From the NCBI GenBank assembly GCA_951406725.2, contig OX597831.1:59892001-59956000 (forward strand): a stretch of DNA of 64,000 nt, written 5' to 3'. How positions within the stretch are numbered: the first letter of the stretch is position 1; every line of letters starts with the position of its first letter. Origin of the DNA: Octopus vulgaris. Taxonomy: Eukaryota. Below the pieces are notes generated by a model. The model was not told the origin of the DNA and searched no databases. It worked only from the letters and a program-made list of their open reading frames with translations. Shown one piece after another: positions 13,997 to 27,560 of the stretch. The position numbers and the translations under genes are program-made.

Positions 13997-14404
13997 GGCG
14001 CAGGAGTGGCTGTGTGGTAAGTAGCTTGTTTACCAACCACATGGTTTCGGGTTCAGTCCCACTGCGTGGCACCTTGGGCAAGTGTCTTCTACTATAGCCT
14101 CGGGCCGACCAAAGCCTTGTGAGTGGATTTGGTAGACGGAAACTGAAAGAAGCCCGTCGTGTATATGTATATATATGTGTGTGTGTGTTTGTGTGTCTGT
14201 ATTTGTCCCCCTAGCATTGCTTGACAACCGATGCTGGTGTGTTTATGTCCCCGTTACTTAGCGGTTCGGCAAAACAGACCGATAAAATAAGTACTGGGCT
14301 TACAAAAGAATAAGTCTCGGGGTCGAGTTGCTCGAATAAAGGCGGTGCTCCAGCATGGCCGCAGTCAAATGACTGAAACACGTAAAAGAGTAAAAGAGTA
14401 AAGA
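13997..14404 (+). mobile_element. Full-length tRNA-derived SINE with internal (TG)n and a (GTAAAAGA)n tail
   Basis: A-box-like TGGCTGTGTGG, B-box-like GGTTCAGTCC and a short tandem 3' tail. Other copies at 10198, 14525 and 33615. Confidence 0.88.
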
Positions 14405-14524
14405 GTATATGTATGTGTGTGTATAAGTATATATGTGTATGTGAATATATATACATGTACACACACATACACACCTATATACACACAAACATACATATAT
14501 ACATATATATATGCATACATATAC

Positions 14525-14900
14525 ATGGCTGTTTGATAAGAAGACTACATCACAACTACATGGACACAGGTTCAGTCCCACTGCCAGATAACTTGGGCAA
14601 GCTGTCTGCTACTATAGCCTCGTAGATTTTGGAGACGGAATCTAAAAACATCCCGTCATTTATGTATAGATATTTACTGCCATTATGACCATTTACAATT
14701 GTGTTTCTCCGCCATTACATATTGACAATCGGCGTCGGGGTATTGATGCCAACGTAAGTTGGCCTTCCGAAAGAAATAACGGTTCACTATATCATAGGCT
14801 TAAGCAAATAAGTCATGTAGTGGGGGTCGATATCTTCGGCTAAAAATCTTCAAGCCTGGTACACAAGCATGGTCATAGTAAAAAGACTGAAACAGGCAGA
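14525..14900 (+). mobile_element. Degenerate copy of the same SINE
   Basis: GGTTCAGTCCCACTG..TTGGGCAAG..TCTGCTACTATAGCCTCG..GACGGAA, and the 3' part AGCATGGTCATAGT..GACTGAAAC. Confidence 0.7.
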
Positions 14901-14934
14901 ACTTAAAATATATAAATATGTATGTATATATGCA

Positions 14935-15140
<206 letters not shown>

Positions 15141-15659
15141 CATATGTGCATATATAGACATGTAAATATGTATATGTTCACACAAAGACACTCACACAAA
15201 CATACATATCTATATATATACCGACAAAACTTTGTGCAACTTAAATGAATTCTTCATCAAGGCGTAGGTCCATCGCGTCAAATGTTGTGTATCACTATCT
15301 TATCTCTGTCTCTCTCTCTAAACTCTCATTCTGTCTGTCTGTCTGTCTCTCTGTCTATCTGTCTCTCTCTCTCTCTATGCACACATACATATATTGATTT
15401 GTTGATTGGTTGATTGAAGGAGATGTGTTGAAAGGTCAAGTCATATCAAAGTGCTGGCTAGACACTATGATACAAATCTACAGATAACAATTCCTTTGCA
15501 TTAGCGAAAAGAAATCTATGAACATTTCGGTTGTTTGTCAATACACATGTCCAAAAGTTTCCAAAATAAACTGAAACAATCAGCATGACGTAATACAACT
15601 GTAAAAATAAAGAAACAATTTCAACAACAACAACAATAATAATAATAGTAGCAGAGATA

Positions 15660-18600
15660 ACGATAAAAATACAGTTCTTACATATAAAAGTAATCTCATA
15701 GCACAGGAAAGGGTCAATGGTGGCTTACTTGGTGAGAGACAATAAAGCTAATGGCGATATGACAGATGAATAAAAGGCAATCTACTACAGAATAAAAGTA
15801 CGACTACAGGAGAACGACAGCGATATTACTTGCAAACTTAAAAAGGGTGATCGGTGGAAATTGAAACAAGAAACGAAATATGAGAATGAAATTCTTAAAT
15901 AAATCAGTATAAACAATATCACAGAAACAAATAATTTGATCAAGGCAACAAGAATTGTTGTAGCTGAATGCGAGGGTGTTGATGTCAAGAAAAAGAAACA
16001 TAATGGGAGTGATAAAAGAAAAGACCCATGTTGGAAAAGAAGAATACAGGCAGGGTTAGATATGCTCTCGAAGGACATTTCTTTGTTAAAACCGAAAAGA
16101 GATTGGGGAGCTTCGAAGCGAAGAAAAATACAGGGCACAGAGAAGGAAGTATAATATTTAGAGAAAGGGCCTGAAAGTGGTAATAGAGGATCTGAAACAG
16201 CCTTTTGTTGCAAAGAAAGCAAAGATGGTAAGATACGACCAATGAAGGATTACCACCAGAATAGGATATTCGAAGTAGACCAGAAGAGATTTTTTAAAGA
16301 AACAAATTGAGAGTACGCATATGAAATGTTGATACCGGATAACAATATATGTCAAAGGTTTTGAAGTGACATCTGGAGCAAAGACAAGGAGCACAAGAAG
16401 GATGCTGAATGGTTGCAAGAACTGAAACAAACAGTAGTCTGTGGAAAACAGGCAGCACTATTAATTTCACATAGGGAAGTGAAGAAAGTCAGTAATGAGC
16501 AACTGGAAGGTCCCGGGACCAGATTGAGTTCAAGGCTATTGGAACAAACGATTTGGTGAATTTTATGCACGAATAGCTGCGCAAATTAACATCTTGTTAA
16601 ATGCCGATGAATGTAACACCAGAGTGGTTGACAATGGGTCGAACAGTGCTGTGTTTGATAAACAATTACAGACCGATATCTTGTTTGCCACTTATGTGGA
16701 AGTTATTGATTGGAATACTCGCACACTCAATGTACGAAGGTCTGGATAAAATGGCCTCCTGCTACATGAAAAGAAGGGTTGCAGTCGTAACTGCAACTGT
16801 ACCAAGGATCCAATCCTGATAGATAAAACTGTACTCAGAGACTGCAAGAGGAGGAAAAGTGACTTAGCCATGTCATAGATCGATTTTCGTAAGGCGAACG
16901 ATATGATCTCATATTCTTGGATTATGGAATGTATGAACCTATTTGGGATTGCATCGAATGTTGAGCGATCGTTTGGAAAAAGCATGGCGAACTGGAGGTC
17001 GGACCCGAAAGCATACGGAAGACGTTTTGGGACAATAGAAATCAAGAGGCCTCTTCGAAGGGGACTGCCTGTCCTCGCTGATCTTTCTATTGTGCTTCAT
17101 AACACTAACATTGATTCTGAGGAAAGCAAAAGCTGGGCATATGTATTCAAAGAGCCACCAACAAAAAGTCAAGCATTTGTTATTCATGGATGACCTCAAA
17201 CTTTGTGGTAAAAATGAATCCAAAGTCAGTTCACTCGTTCATGCGGTGTATATTTTCACTGTTGATATCAGAATGGAGTTCGGACTGAGAAAGTGTGGTG
17301 AGTTAGAATTGAAGAGAGGCAAAATCAAATGTATGGACGGACAAAGGATACCTATTTCTTTATTACCCACAAGGGGCTAAACATAGAGAGGACACACAAG
17401 CGCAGACAAACGGTTTAAGTCGATTATATCGACCCCATGTGCGTAACTGGTACTTATTTAATCGACCCTGAAAGGATGAAAGGCAGAGTCAACCTCGGCG
17501 GAATTTGAACTCAGAACGTAGCGGCAGACGAAATACGACTACGCATTTCGCCCGGCGTGTTAACGTTTCTGCCAGATCGCCGCCTAAGGATACCGTCGTA
17601 GAAGTTGTGAAGCAGATAGAAGAGACGGCCTATAAGCACCTGAGAATTTCGGAAAATGGATAAATTGATGGAGAAAGAAATGACAGAAATATTTAAAGTG
17701 GAGTACTTGCGCAGACTGAGACTGATCATTAAGTCGAAATTAAACGGTCGGAAAAAGATCGAATCTATCAATACCTGAGCGGTTTCACTCCTTAGATATG
17801 GGGTAGGGGTAAACGCATGGAGAGTGGACGAACTAAACAACTTAGACAAAAAGACAAGGAAGTTGCTAACGTGATATAGGTCACTCCACCCAAAAAGTGA
17901 CATAGACAGAAAGTATGTACCAAGAAAAAGAGGGGAAAGAGGACTTATTGGATGCGAACACAGCATTAGGGCAGAAATAATTAATATGGCATTGTATGTG
18001 AAAATGCCACAGAACCGCTATTACTCAAATTAAGGAGGTCAGACTCGTTTAGGAAGAAAAATTGCAAAGCTAAAGCATTCTACAATATAACAGACACCAC
18101 GTCAATATAGCCAGGCGTGTCCATTGTACACTATGCAACAAGTATGGACTTGACAAGGCCAAAAAATTGGTACAACCACAAATCTGAATGCATTGTCGAA
18201 AAGACAAATGCGAAGATCCTATGGGATTTTATGATTCACTGCGAACATGTGATTGAGAATAGGAAGCCGGACATAGTCTTAATTGAGAAAGAAAACAAAC
18301 TATGCTGAGTCATAGATATATCATGCCCAAGTGGCAACATGTTTGCGATATAGAAGAAGGAAAAGTCGATAGAAATGACAAGTTAGTTTGGGAAGTTAAG
18401 CAGTTGTGGTCGATGATAAGGTAGCAGTAGTACCAATAATTTGTCGGGGCACTGGAACAGTGAGTGAAAATCTCGCGAAGGGGAAGAAATATGGGCTGCA
18501 ATAAGGGTGGAAAACTTGCAGAAAACAGTACTGCTTCGAACCGCTCGAATACTCCAGCAGGTATTCGAAAAATAAGAGGTGTTACCTTACTTCACTGGTG

Positions 18601-18660
18601 GTGAACAGCTGACACTGTACTACATCTCCAGCGTTAGAAGTTCTGCAAAGGAAATAAATA
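15660..18660 (+). mobile_element. Decayed R4/Dong-like non-LTR retrotransposon (RT + RLE), interrupted by a SINE
   Basis: Broken-frame motifs: [96 protein letters not shown]. Confidence 0.87.
17353..17585 (-). mobile_element. tRNA-derived SINE (GGCGGCGA.CTGGCAGAA family) with a 9-bp TSD
   Basis: AAGGATACC at 17344-17352 and 17586-17594. B-box-like GAGTTCAAATTCC. Homologous to 25941-26173. Confidence 0.88.
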
Positions 18661-18689
18661 AATAAGTATATATATATATATGTATATAA

Positions 18690-18691
18690 CA

Positions 18692-18766
<75 letters not shown>

Positions 18767-18778
18767 GCTACTACTAAT

Positions 18779-18820
<42 letters not shown>

Positions 18821-18843
18821 TAATAATAATAAAAATAAAGATA

Positions 18844-18874
<31 letters not shown>

Positions 18875-19004
18875 TAAATAATACTAATAATATTAACAAC
18901 AACAACGATAATAACAATAATAATAACAATAATAACAATAATAATAATAATAATGATAATAATAATAATAATAATAATAAATAATAAATAATAATAATAA
19001 TAAT

Positions 19005-19075
<71 letters not shown>

Positions 19076-19096
19076 GAAGAAGAAGAAGAAGAAGAA

Positions 19097-19127
<31 letters not shown>

Positions 19128-19140
19128 AAGAAGAAGAAGA
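18690..19140. repeat. Compound (ACT)n-(AAT)n-(AAG)n microsatellite
   Basis: Direct reading. Confidence 0.95.
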
Positions 19141-20680
19141 CGCATCATACTGTCCATAAGAGGCACTAGGTTTGAAATCTGTTGATGGAAAGCTGGTATA
19201 ATGAACGTTATTTGATCTTCCTACATCTTTTAAGATATTGTGTTATGAGGTGACATTGTGCATTCATAACAGTACACAATACATAACCATACAACAACTT
19301 CCCGAATCATCATGGCAACCATGCACACTACAATATTCTCTATGTTGTTCGCCAGGCAATTTCCACATTTAAACATTCGAAGCAAGAATATCAGCCGTTC
19401 ATTATACAGATAGCTAAGAGTATAACCGAGTAATCAGTATTTGGAGATCGTGTAATTAAGCTGTAAAATGAATTTCGTTATCTACACTGGAATCATAACG
19501 TGCAAAGATTGGTGGCAGATAATGTATAATTAAATAAAACAAAAAAAGTTCTGAAATAAAAGAAATGCTGAGTAGCATCATTTATCTGTAATGGTCTTTA
19601 AATCTTCCGACTCCACCCAGAATTAGTGATTAGCTGATAGAAATCATTATCTCAGAATCCGACGCGAAATTCATTTGTTTGAACCGATCTTTGGACTCAA
19701 TCATAAGGAACAGTGTATTAACTTACATTGTAACGTATAGTATGATTATGATAATACGATCTGCGGGTGAATAAGTTTGGCGTCGTCTATCTATTTTCCT
19801 AAATCTAATATATACGAATGTCTATATTTTAATTATACTAAAATAATCCAGTGTTGATTAATCGGTGTATTGGTAATTCATATTGAAGAATAATATATAG
19901 ATTTATAAGGAGGTTTCAAAACTTGCTTTGGAGAGATATTAAGAAAAATAAAAAAGTGATTTAAACCATCAAGATGCTATATCTATATTGGAGATACCAT
20001 TAAGCAAATATAAATATAATACGATAAATCAATAGATCAACGGAAAAGATATCAATGCAACATGAGAGTGGTTAGTACATAATCAAGCATACGTGCAAAT
20101 TAAGCCTAGATAGCTGGTTATTAGTTTCCAACTGATTAAATGAATATGAACGATATTTTATATGGCGGTGAATTCTAGTAAACGCGTGAAATAATAAATA
20201 TGAAGTCTTAAAGGGCAGTTACCTAAATTAATAGAAAACGTACTAAAAATAATAGATTAACTAAGACAACGAACGGATCAGATTGTGTGATATTGTCAAA
20301 CTCATTATGCATATTCATATTATTATGGGAATAAAATAAGTCAAAATCAATTATTATACATAAAAATATCAAATTATATTTAATAAAATACATCTTGCCA
20401 ACATTAGGAAGAGTAGAATAAATACACTTAAAATAATTTCTAATTTGCAGCTAGGGAAGAAGAATTGTTTAAAATTTGAAGCAAATTATACCAATGGCAT
20501 TAGTTTTTTAAACTCACTGAATGGATAATACGCTCTTATTATATATTATTCAAAAGATAATACGCTAAATTTGTTTGAATTTAAATTAAATCGAAGACTA
20601 TAAGTAAAATTTCCTACCACGCACATAAATATATATAATGTATATATATATATATATATATATGCTTGTATATATATACA

Positions 20681-20728
<48 letters not shown>

Positions 20729-20778
20729 GTACGTTTAAATAGGACCATTCCGAAATATAACAATATATATATATATAT

Positions 20779-20832
<54 letters not shown>

Positions 20833-21416
20833 CCACAAATATTTAAACGTCCATATATATATATATACATACATATATACATACACCCACCCACACACGC
20901 ACATACACACACACACATATATATACATATATATATATATATACGTGTGTGTGTGTGTGTTTATAAAACTAGAGGAAATGTTATATTAACAGATCTCCGA
21001 GAACTGTTCAGAACGGTATATGATATGAGTTTAAAGTTTAAGATTATGGCCATATTGTCCCTAACACATCAAATTTATTAATAATGTTATTCCGGCATTT
21101 TACGATTTTAAAGTGTTTAGAGTAAATAGACTTCAAGTTATAACGATAACTAACATGAACTTTAACATGTTTAAGAATCGTCCAGGGAATTAGATATGCA
21201 ATATTATTTGCTTTTACTCTCCAGATTCTCCCGGCAAATGATATTAATATCCCCTTAGCTCTCCTCCGAAATGTGTGTCGGTTAAGTCAATTGAAAATGG
21301 CAAGTGATGACCCAATCTAAGTGAAAATTCATTGATTTGTTTCGACGGAATATTTTTACGCAAGCATTTGATGTGAAGCGGGCACTCATTATCATTCTTA
21401 TAATTGCACAACTTAG

Positions 21417-21947
21417 ATTATCTAGGAACATGTATTAGGTGGTTACCGACTCAAGTAACATAACAGGTTGACTATCGCTATTACCAAAGGCACTCTCTGT
21501 ATTGGTAAATCTATCATCATTTATTATCTAGGAACATGTATTAGGTGGTTACCGACTCAAGTAACATAACAGGTTGACTATCGCTATTACCAAAGGCACT
21601 CTCTGTATTGGTAAATCTATCATCATTTATTATCTAGGAACATGTATTAGGTGGTTACCGACTCAAGTAACATAGGTTGACTATCGCTATTACCAAAGGC
21701 ACTCTCTGTATTGGTAAATCTATCATCATTTATTATCTAGGAACATGTATTAGGTGGTTACCGACTCAAGTAACATAACAGGTTGACTATCGCTATTACC
21801 AAAGGCACTCTCTGTATTGGTAAATCTATCATCATTTATTATCTAGGAACATGTATTAGATGGTTACCGACTCAAGTAACATAACAGGTTGACTATCGCT
21901 ATTACCAAAGGCAATCTCTGTATTGGTAAATCTATCATCATTTATTA
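21417..21947. repeat. Tandem array of five near-identical 106-bp units
   Basis: TCTAG(G)AACATG recurs at 21421, 21527, 21633, 21736 and 21842 (one unit has a 3-bp deletion). Confidence 0.95.
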
Positions 21948-22009
21948 CACAAATATGACTATTACACACATGTGAGACATGTCAGGATTGTCATTATTAT
22001 TATCGTACT

Positions 22010-22200
22010 ATACGCCGGACGTAATGCTTAGCGGCATTTCGTCGGCCTTTATGTTCTCAGTTCAAATTCCGCAGTGGTCGAATTTTCTTTCATCCTTTCG
22101 TGGCCGATAAGTTAAGTACCAGTTGCGTACTAAGGTCTATCTAATAGAATGGTCCTCTCCTCCAAAATTTCGGGCCTGGTGCCTAGAGTAGAAATGAGTA
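22010..22200 (+). mobile_element. Degenerate SINE (family of 25941-26173), followed by (ATC)n/(AGC)n
   Basis: ATGCTTAGCGGCATTTCG..GTTCAAATTCCGC..TTTCATCCTTTCG..AAGTACCAGTT. Confidence 0.75.
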
Positions 22201-22206
22201 TTGTTG

Positions 22207-22240
<34 letters not shown>

Positions 22241-22487
22241 CATCATCATCATCATTATCAGCAGCAGCAGCAGCAGCAGCATCGTCATTGTTATTGTTAT
22301 TATTATCATTATTACTGCTTTTGTTGTTGTTGATATTGTTATTGTTGTTATTGTGCTTATCATTACACTTATTTCAGTTAATATTCCCCCGATACTTAGC
22401 ACATACTATGAATGCTGTAATTTGTTTGAATTAAAATTAAATCGATGATTATTAGTAAAATTTCATACCACACACATACATATACTT

Positions 22488-22581
<94 letters not shown>

Positions 22582-22761
22582 GTAACCCCAAGGAAGTTAG
22601 AGGTTGTGAATCCAACACAGTAAGGGATAATATCTATCCAATATACTACCGGTAGAATACACAATTATTAATAGACAAGTGTTTTTATTGCATTACAATT
22701 ACATTACCAAGTGTACTAAATGGTTGTATGTAAATAGATATGTTACCATTAATTTATATAG

Positions 22762-23234
22762 CAATAAAAATAGAGGGGATCAATATGTGGTTCATGAACT
22801 TTTAGACATTATATTATGTTAACGTATTTATTTACTAAACTGACAAATACATACCTGTATAACATATTATGTTCACATATAAGATACGAAATATATTAAT
22901 ATATAATTATACCAGTAATTATTACTCAAGTACCTCAATTTCACCTACATATTACTTCAGTCTACTTGAGTAACAAATGTAGAATGAGGTGTTTTTACCT
23001 TTTGGCTAAAACCGCTCTAAGTTATTTTCCCAATTTTTATTCATGTATGTTATTTTGTAATAATTACTGGTATCATTATATACTAATATATTTCATATTC
23101 TATATGTAAAGCATATGTTATACATGTATGTATATTCTTGTAATTGTCAGTTTAGTAAATAAATAAATAAGTTAACATAATATAATGTCTATAGGTTGAT
23201 GAACCACCTATTGGTCCCCTCCATTTTCTTATTG
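22762..23234. repeat. Imperfect inverted repeat (~165-175 bp arms, ~130 bp spacer)
   Basis: The left arm 22762-22925 (..TAGACATTATATTATGTTAAC..TTTACTAAACTGACAA..ATACCAGTAATTATTAC) is mirrored at 23057-23234. Confidence 0.75.
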
Positions 23235-24126
23235 AATATTTTCTGGTAGAAGGGAAGTGCTAGATTTTGGCATGTAATCTAGCATTGTTAAGCAGTTGCT
23301 TCCATCATAAGTGATCCGTGAATATAAGGATTCAAAGCCTTAAGTGCAGCATTGAGTTCTGTAGTAGGTATTATTTTCTTGGTGCACTTAGTCTATGCTT
23401 GTGTGCAACCTGTTGTGCGTGTCTACATTCTAAAGTGTATGTGTGTGTGTATTTGATGTAGCGTATTTGGTTCTGTTTGTACATACTTTAGAGAGAATAT
23501 GTATCTGTGTCTAAGCGTCCATAGGTGTGAATACTAAAAAAACTATTCCCTTGTCTCATTTTCTCTGCTGTTGCTTCTTTCACAGTTTAGAGTTGGCATA
23601 AACATTTGTTGGAATTCAATTTGTTCTGTTGGTCATACTTGATATGTCTAGAGAGCTTATGATTGAACGTCAGTGTTTCTGTGCATGCGTGTATGTGTAT
23701 TTGCTTGCACGCACGCATCATGTTCCGCAATTTCACTATCTTTTATGAGAACACTATACGCCTACACACTGACGCCTTAGCTCACAGTCGAAAGCAAAAC
23801 CAGGACTACCAGAATAAACTGACTTCAGTTAAATTCGCATGTTAACGTGAATGAGCTACAATTCTCTATTTATGAATACGCATCTATATACCATTGCAAT
23901 AATCTTGAAAGTTAATTACTCACAATACCCAGACTGACAAAACCAAATTTGGTTATGCCGATGGAGTTTACAGGATTCGATTCGATCTAGTGACTACACG
24001 CTATCCAGGAAATATAATATCTTCAAACTAGGAATTGAAGAAATATATGAGTTACAAAACGTGTAAGTTTATAACTACGTAATGCAGTGGACATATACTT
24101 AAGGAAAAATATTTTAACGTATACAG

Positions 24127-24193
<67 letters not shown>

Positions 24194-24463
24194 GCAAGAC
24201 TGCATTCATAGACTATTCAAACAAATTATTTTTCTTACACCAAATATTTGCACTTTTTTCAAAGTTCATCTAATTTTTTTCTCTAGTCATAAAGGATTTA
24301 TACAGATCGGTCTCCTGATATCTGAATTCTTAAATATTTCTCCAGAGGAAAACTTACTTGCCATTCACAATATCTAAATGATGGATCACTTAACATTTCT
24401 TAGAATGATATATCTCATTCTACTCTTCCTGGTCTTTTGATATACATACATGCACAAACGTAC

Positions 24464-24563
<100 letters not shown>

Positions 24564-25940
24564 GTGTATGTATGCATGCATGTAGTTGTACAAACACATA
24601 TAGAAACGCACCCACATACGGACACACACACACATGCACACACGCATACACACACACTCACACGCATATAAACACTTAGGGACATAGGGATGGTTTAAAT
24701 CTATATATGTGTGCAGTTGTGTGTGTATTTGAATGAATAACAATACAAAGATAACTTACAGAAGCATGGCTGTTTGTGGTGGAAAGAGCTGAGAATTCCC
24801 AGCAGTGTAACTTTATCAAATATGGAAACTACCCGAGGAAATATATAATACGGAGGCGATTCATCATTCATCTTGAAATACTTTTGCTTTCTTCATAATT
24901 TAGTTTTGCATATTTAACATTAATATATTTCTGCAGATTTTGTTGACAGGTATAAGATGCTTCTATAAATATTGACAGTTTCGTTAAACCATTAAATCCT
25001 ACCTCCTAATCACTTCAGCTGTTCGGTCCCGGCTGTGAATAAAAAAACGATATATTTTTTTCTTAATCATTTTTAGGTCTATTGAAAGTATATTTGAAGC
25101 GACTTCTTACTCATCTATCTCTAGATTTCTGAGTTAGCGGATTTACAAACATTGTAAATAGTTCAAAATTTTATAATGCCAGCATTTTAAATCAAAGGAA
25201 GCGATATTATTTTTGACGGATTCAGTCTACATGAACGGAGGTTTGTAAAACTTAAATGTGTTATGCATATGCATATACCTCGAGGAAAATATAATGAAGG
25301 ATATCAAATCTGTATTATAATCGTCTCAATAACTTGATATTACCAGAGATAAAAAAATTTTAGCAAAAAATTCATGCTCGAGATCTCACCAAGTTACTGA
25401 GTTGAAGATGCATGTAGCATCCTTAAGGTATGTAACATGGGGGAGTTTTCTATCTGTAGATATTACAAACGTTTACTTCAAACGAATTTGTTCCCCATAG
25501 TCTTGAACAACATGCCATAGTTTAATAGCGATATCTGTCACAATACCCAGTACATTCCTCGTGAGAGTAAAGTCTCTAAGTAGAGGCTTCTCACACACAC
25601 GCGTATTTTGTACACTCTATATGAAGTAGCTTAGAGCAACTAATGCGAAATGGATGAGATAGATAAGTAAGTACCAGCAATCCTCAACCACACTGTCAAA
25701 TAAAGCGCTCCATCCCAAATCACCTCAGAATGTATAAGTTTTGTTCCCATTAGATAAATTCAGTACGACCCCTTGTTCATATAGAAAACAAAATACATTG
25801 TTTTATTACTTACCTTCTTCTTCTCATACGAAATATATATCTACATCGGCGTTTAGTATATATTCAGAATAAATGCATACATTGAAATTACTTACTGTTA
25901 CATATGAGTTCAATGTGATAAATTGTATTGTGTAGGTAGG

Positions 25941-26173
25941 GGCGGCGAGCTGGAAGAAATGTTAGCACGCCAGCCGAAATGCTTAGCGGTATTTCGGCTG
26001 CCGTTACGTTCTGAGTTCAAATTCCGCCGAGGTCAACTTTGCCTTTCATCCTTTCGGGGTCGATAAATAAAGTACCAGTTTCGCACTGGAGTCGATGTAA
26101 TCGACTTAATCCCTTTGTCTGTCCGTGTTTGCCCCCTCTATGTTTAGCCCCCTGTGGGTAATAAATAAATATA
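25941..26173 (+). mobile_element. tRNA-derived SINE with a ~15-bp TSD
   Basis: TATTGTGTAG(G/A)TAGG at 25926-25940 and 26174-26188. Starts GGCGGCGAGCTGG. B-box-like GAGTTCAAATTCC. Confidence 0.9.
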
Positions 26174-26296
26174 TATTGTGTAGATAGGTAGCATTGGAAA
26201 TAATGTCAAAGTAACTGTGTGAACGTCATCCTCACTATGATTAAGTATCTCCAAAATATATAATCTACCATGGTTGAGTGAAAATAGCAGAGAAAG

Positions 26297-27232
26297 AGTC
26301 CTTCCTTTGAGATATGGTGTCATTCGAAAGATATTTGGCTGCTATTTCTAGGTAATCGTGTGTACCCAAAGCTGCAATATCGGAAGTGTCCTTCCTTTGA
26401 GACGTGGTGTGATTCGAAAGAGATTTGACTGCTATTTCTAGGTAATCTTTTGTTATTACAGCTGCAATATCGAAAGTGTCCTTCCTTTAAGACATGGTGT
26501 GATACGAAATAGATTTGACTGCTATTTCTAGGTAATCATGTGTACCGAAACCTGCAATATCGAAAGTGTCCTTCCTTTAAGACATGGTGTGATTCGAATA
26601 GATTTGACTGCTATTTCTAGGTAATCGTGTGTACCCAAAGCTGCAATATCGAAAGTGTCCTTCCTTTAAGACATGGTGTGATTCGAAAGAGATTTGACTG
26701 TTTTTTCTAGGTAATCGTGTGTACCTAAAGCTGCAATATCGAAAGTGTCCTTCCTGTAAGTCATGGTGTGATTCGAAAGAGATTTGACTGCTATTTTCTA
26801 AGTAATCGTGTGTACCCAAAGCTGCAATATCGAAAGTGTCCTTCCTTTAAGACATGGTGTGATTCGAAAGAGATGTGACTGCTATTTCTAGGTAATCGTG
26901 GGTACCGAAAACTGCAATATCGAAAGTGTCCTTCCTTTAAGACATGGTGTGATTCGAAAGAGATTTGACTGCTATTTCTATATAATCGTGTGTACCCAAA
27001 GCTGTGGCACCATGTCATAAGGGACGGGCACTTTCGATATTGCAGCTTTGGGTACACACGATTACCTAGAAATAGCAGCCAAATCTCTTTCGAATAACAC
27101 CATTCCTTATAGGAAGGACACTTTCGATATTGCAGGTTTCGGTACACACGATTACTTAACAAAAGCAGTCAAATCTCTTTCGAATCACACCATGTATTAA
27201 AGGAAGGAAACTTTGGATATTGCAGTTAAGGG
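26297..27232. repeat. 90-bp tandem satellite: ~8 units forward (26297-27004), then ~2.5 units inverted (27008-27232)
   Basis: CTTCCTTT(A/G)AGAC recurs at 26301, 26391, 26481, 26571, ~26660, ~26750, ~26841 and 26931. After 27008 the reverse complement of the unit is read. Confidence 0.95.
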
Positions 27233-27452
27233 TAAGATTTTCGGTGAAAATTTTCGAAAAATTTTGGGGTAAAATTTTGGGGTGAGGCATCGTGACTGTA
27301 GAAGTAAACCAGAATTCACACTATATATACACAGAAAGCAGTAGCAGCCACCTAAAAAATTATTTTTAGCCATAACATCTATTTTTAGCTCGGGGAAAAT
27401 ATTCGAAAATTTTCGAAAAATTTTCAGGTAAAACTTTCGGTGAAAATTTTCG

Positions 27453-27560
27453 AAAACCCATATAACGAATATGCTCCATATGCTGAAGTCTATAAACGTC
27501 GATATCGTCATAGTTGTTAAATATGAAACAGAATCTGGTGTATCGTGGATGGTGAGGCAT
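27453..27560 (-). pseudogene. CRESS-DNA/circovirus-like Rep N-terminal fragment, copy A
   Basis: MPHHPRYTRFCFIFNNYDDIDVYRLQHMEHIRYMGF; degenerate RCR motif I. Confidence 0.55.

Noticed and set aside
21470-21490. CGCTATTAC in the 106-bp unit as a rolling-circle nonamer
   Set aside because: Mismatch to NANTATTAC and not in a hairpin loop.
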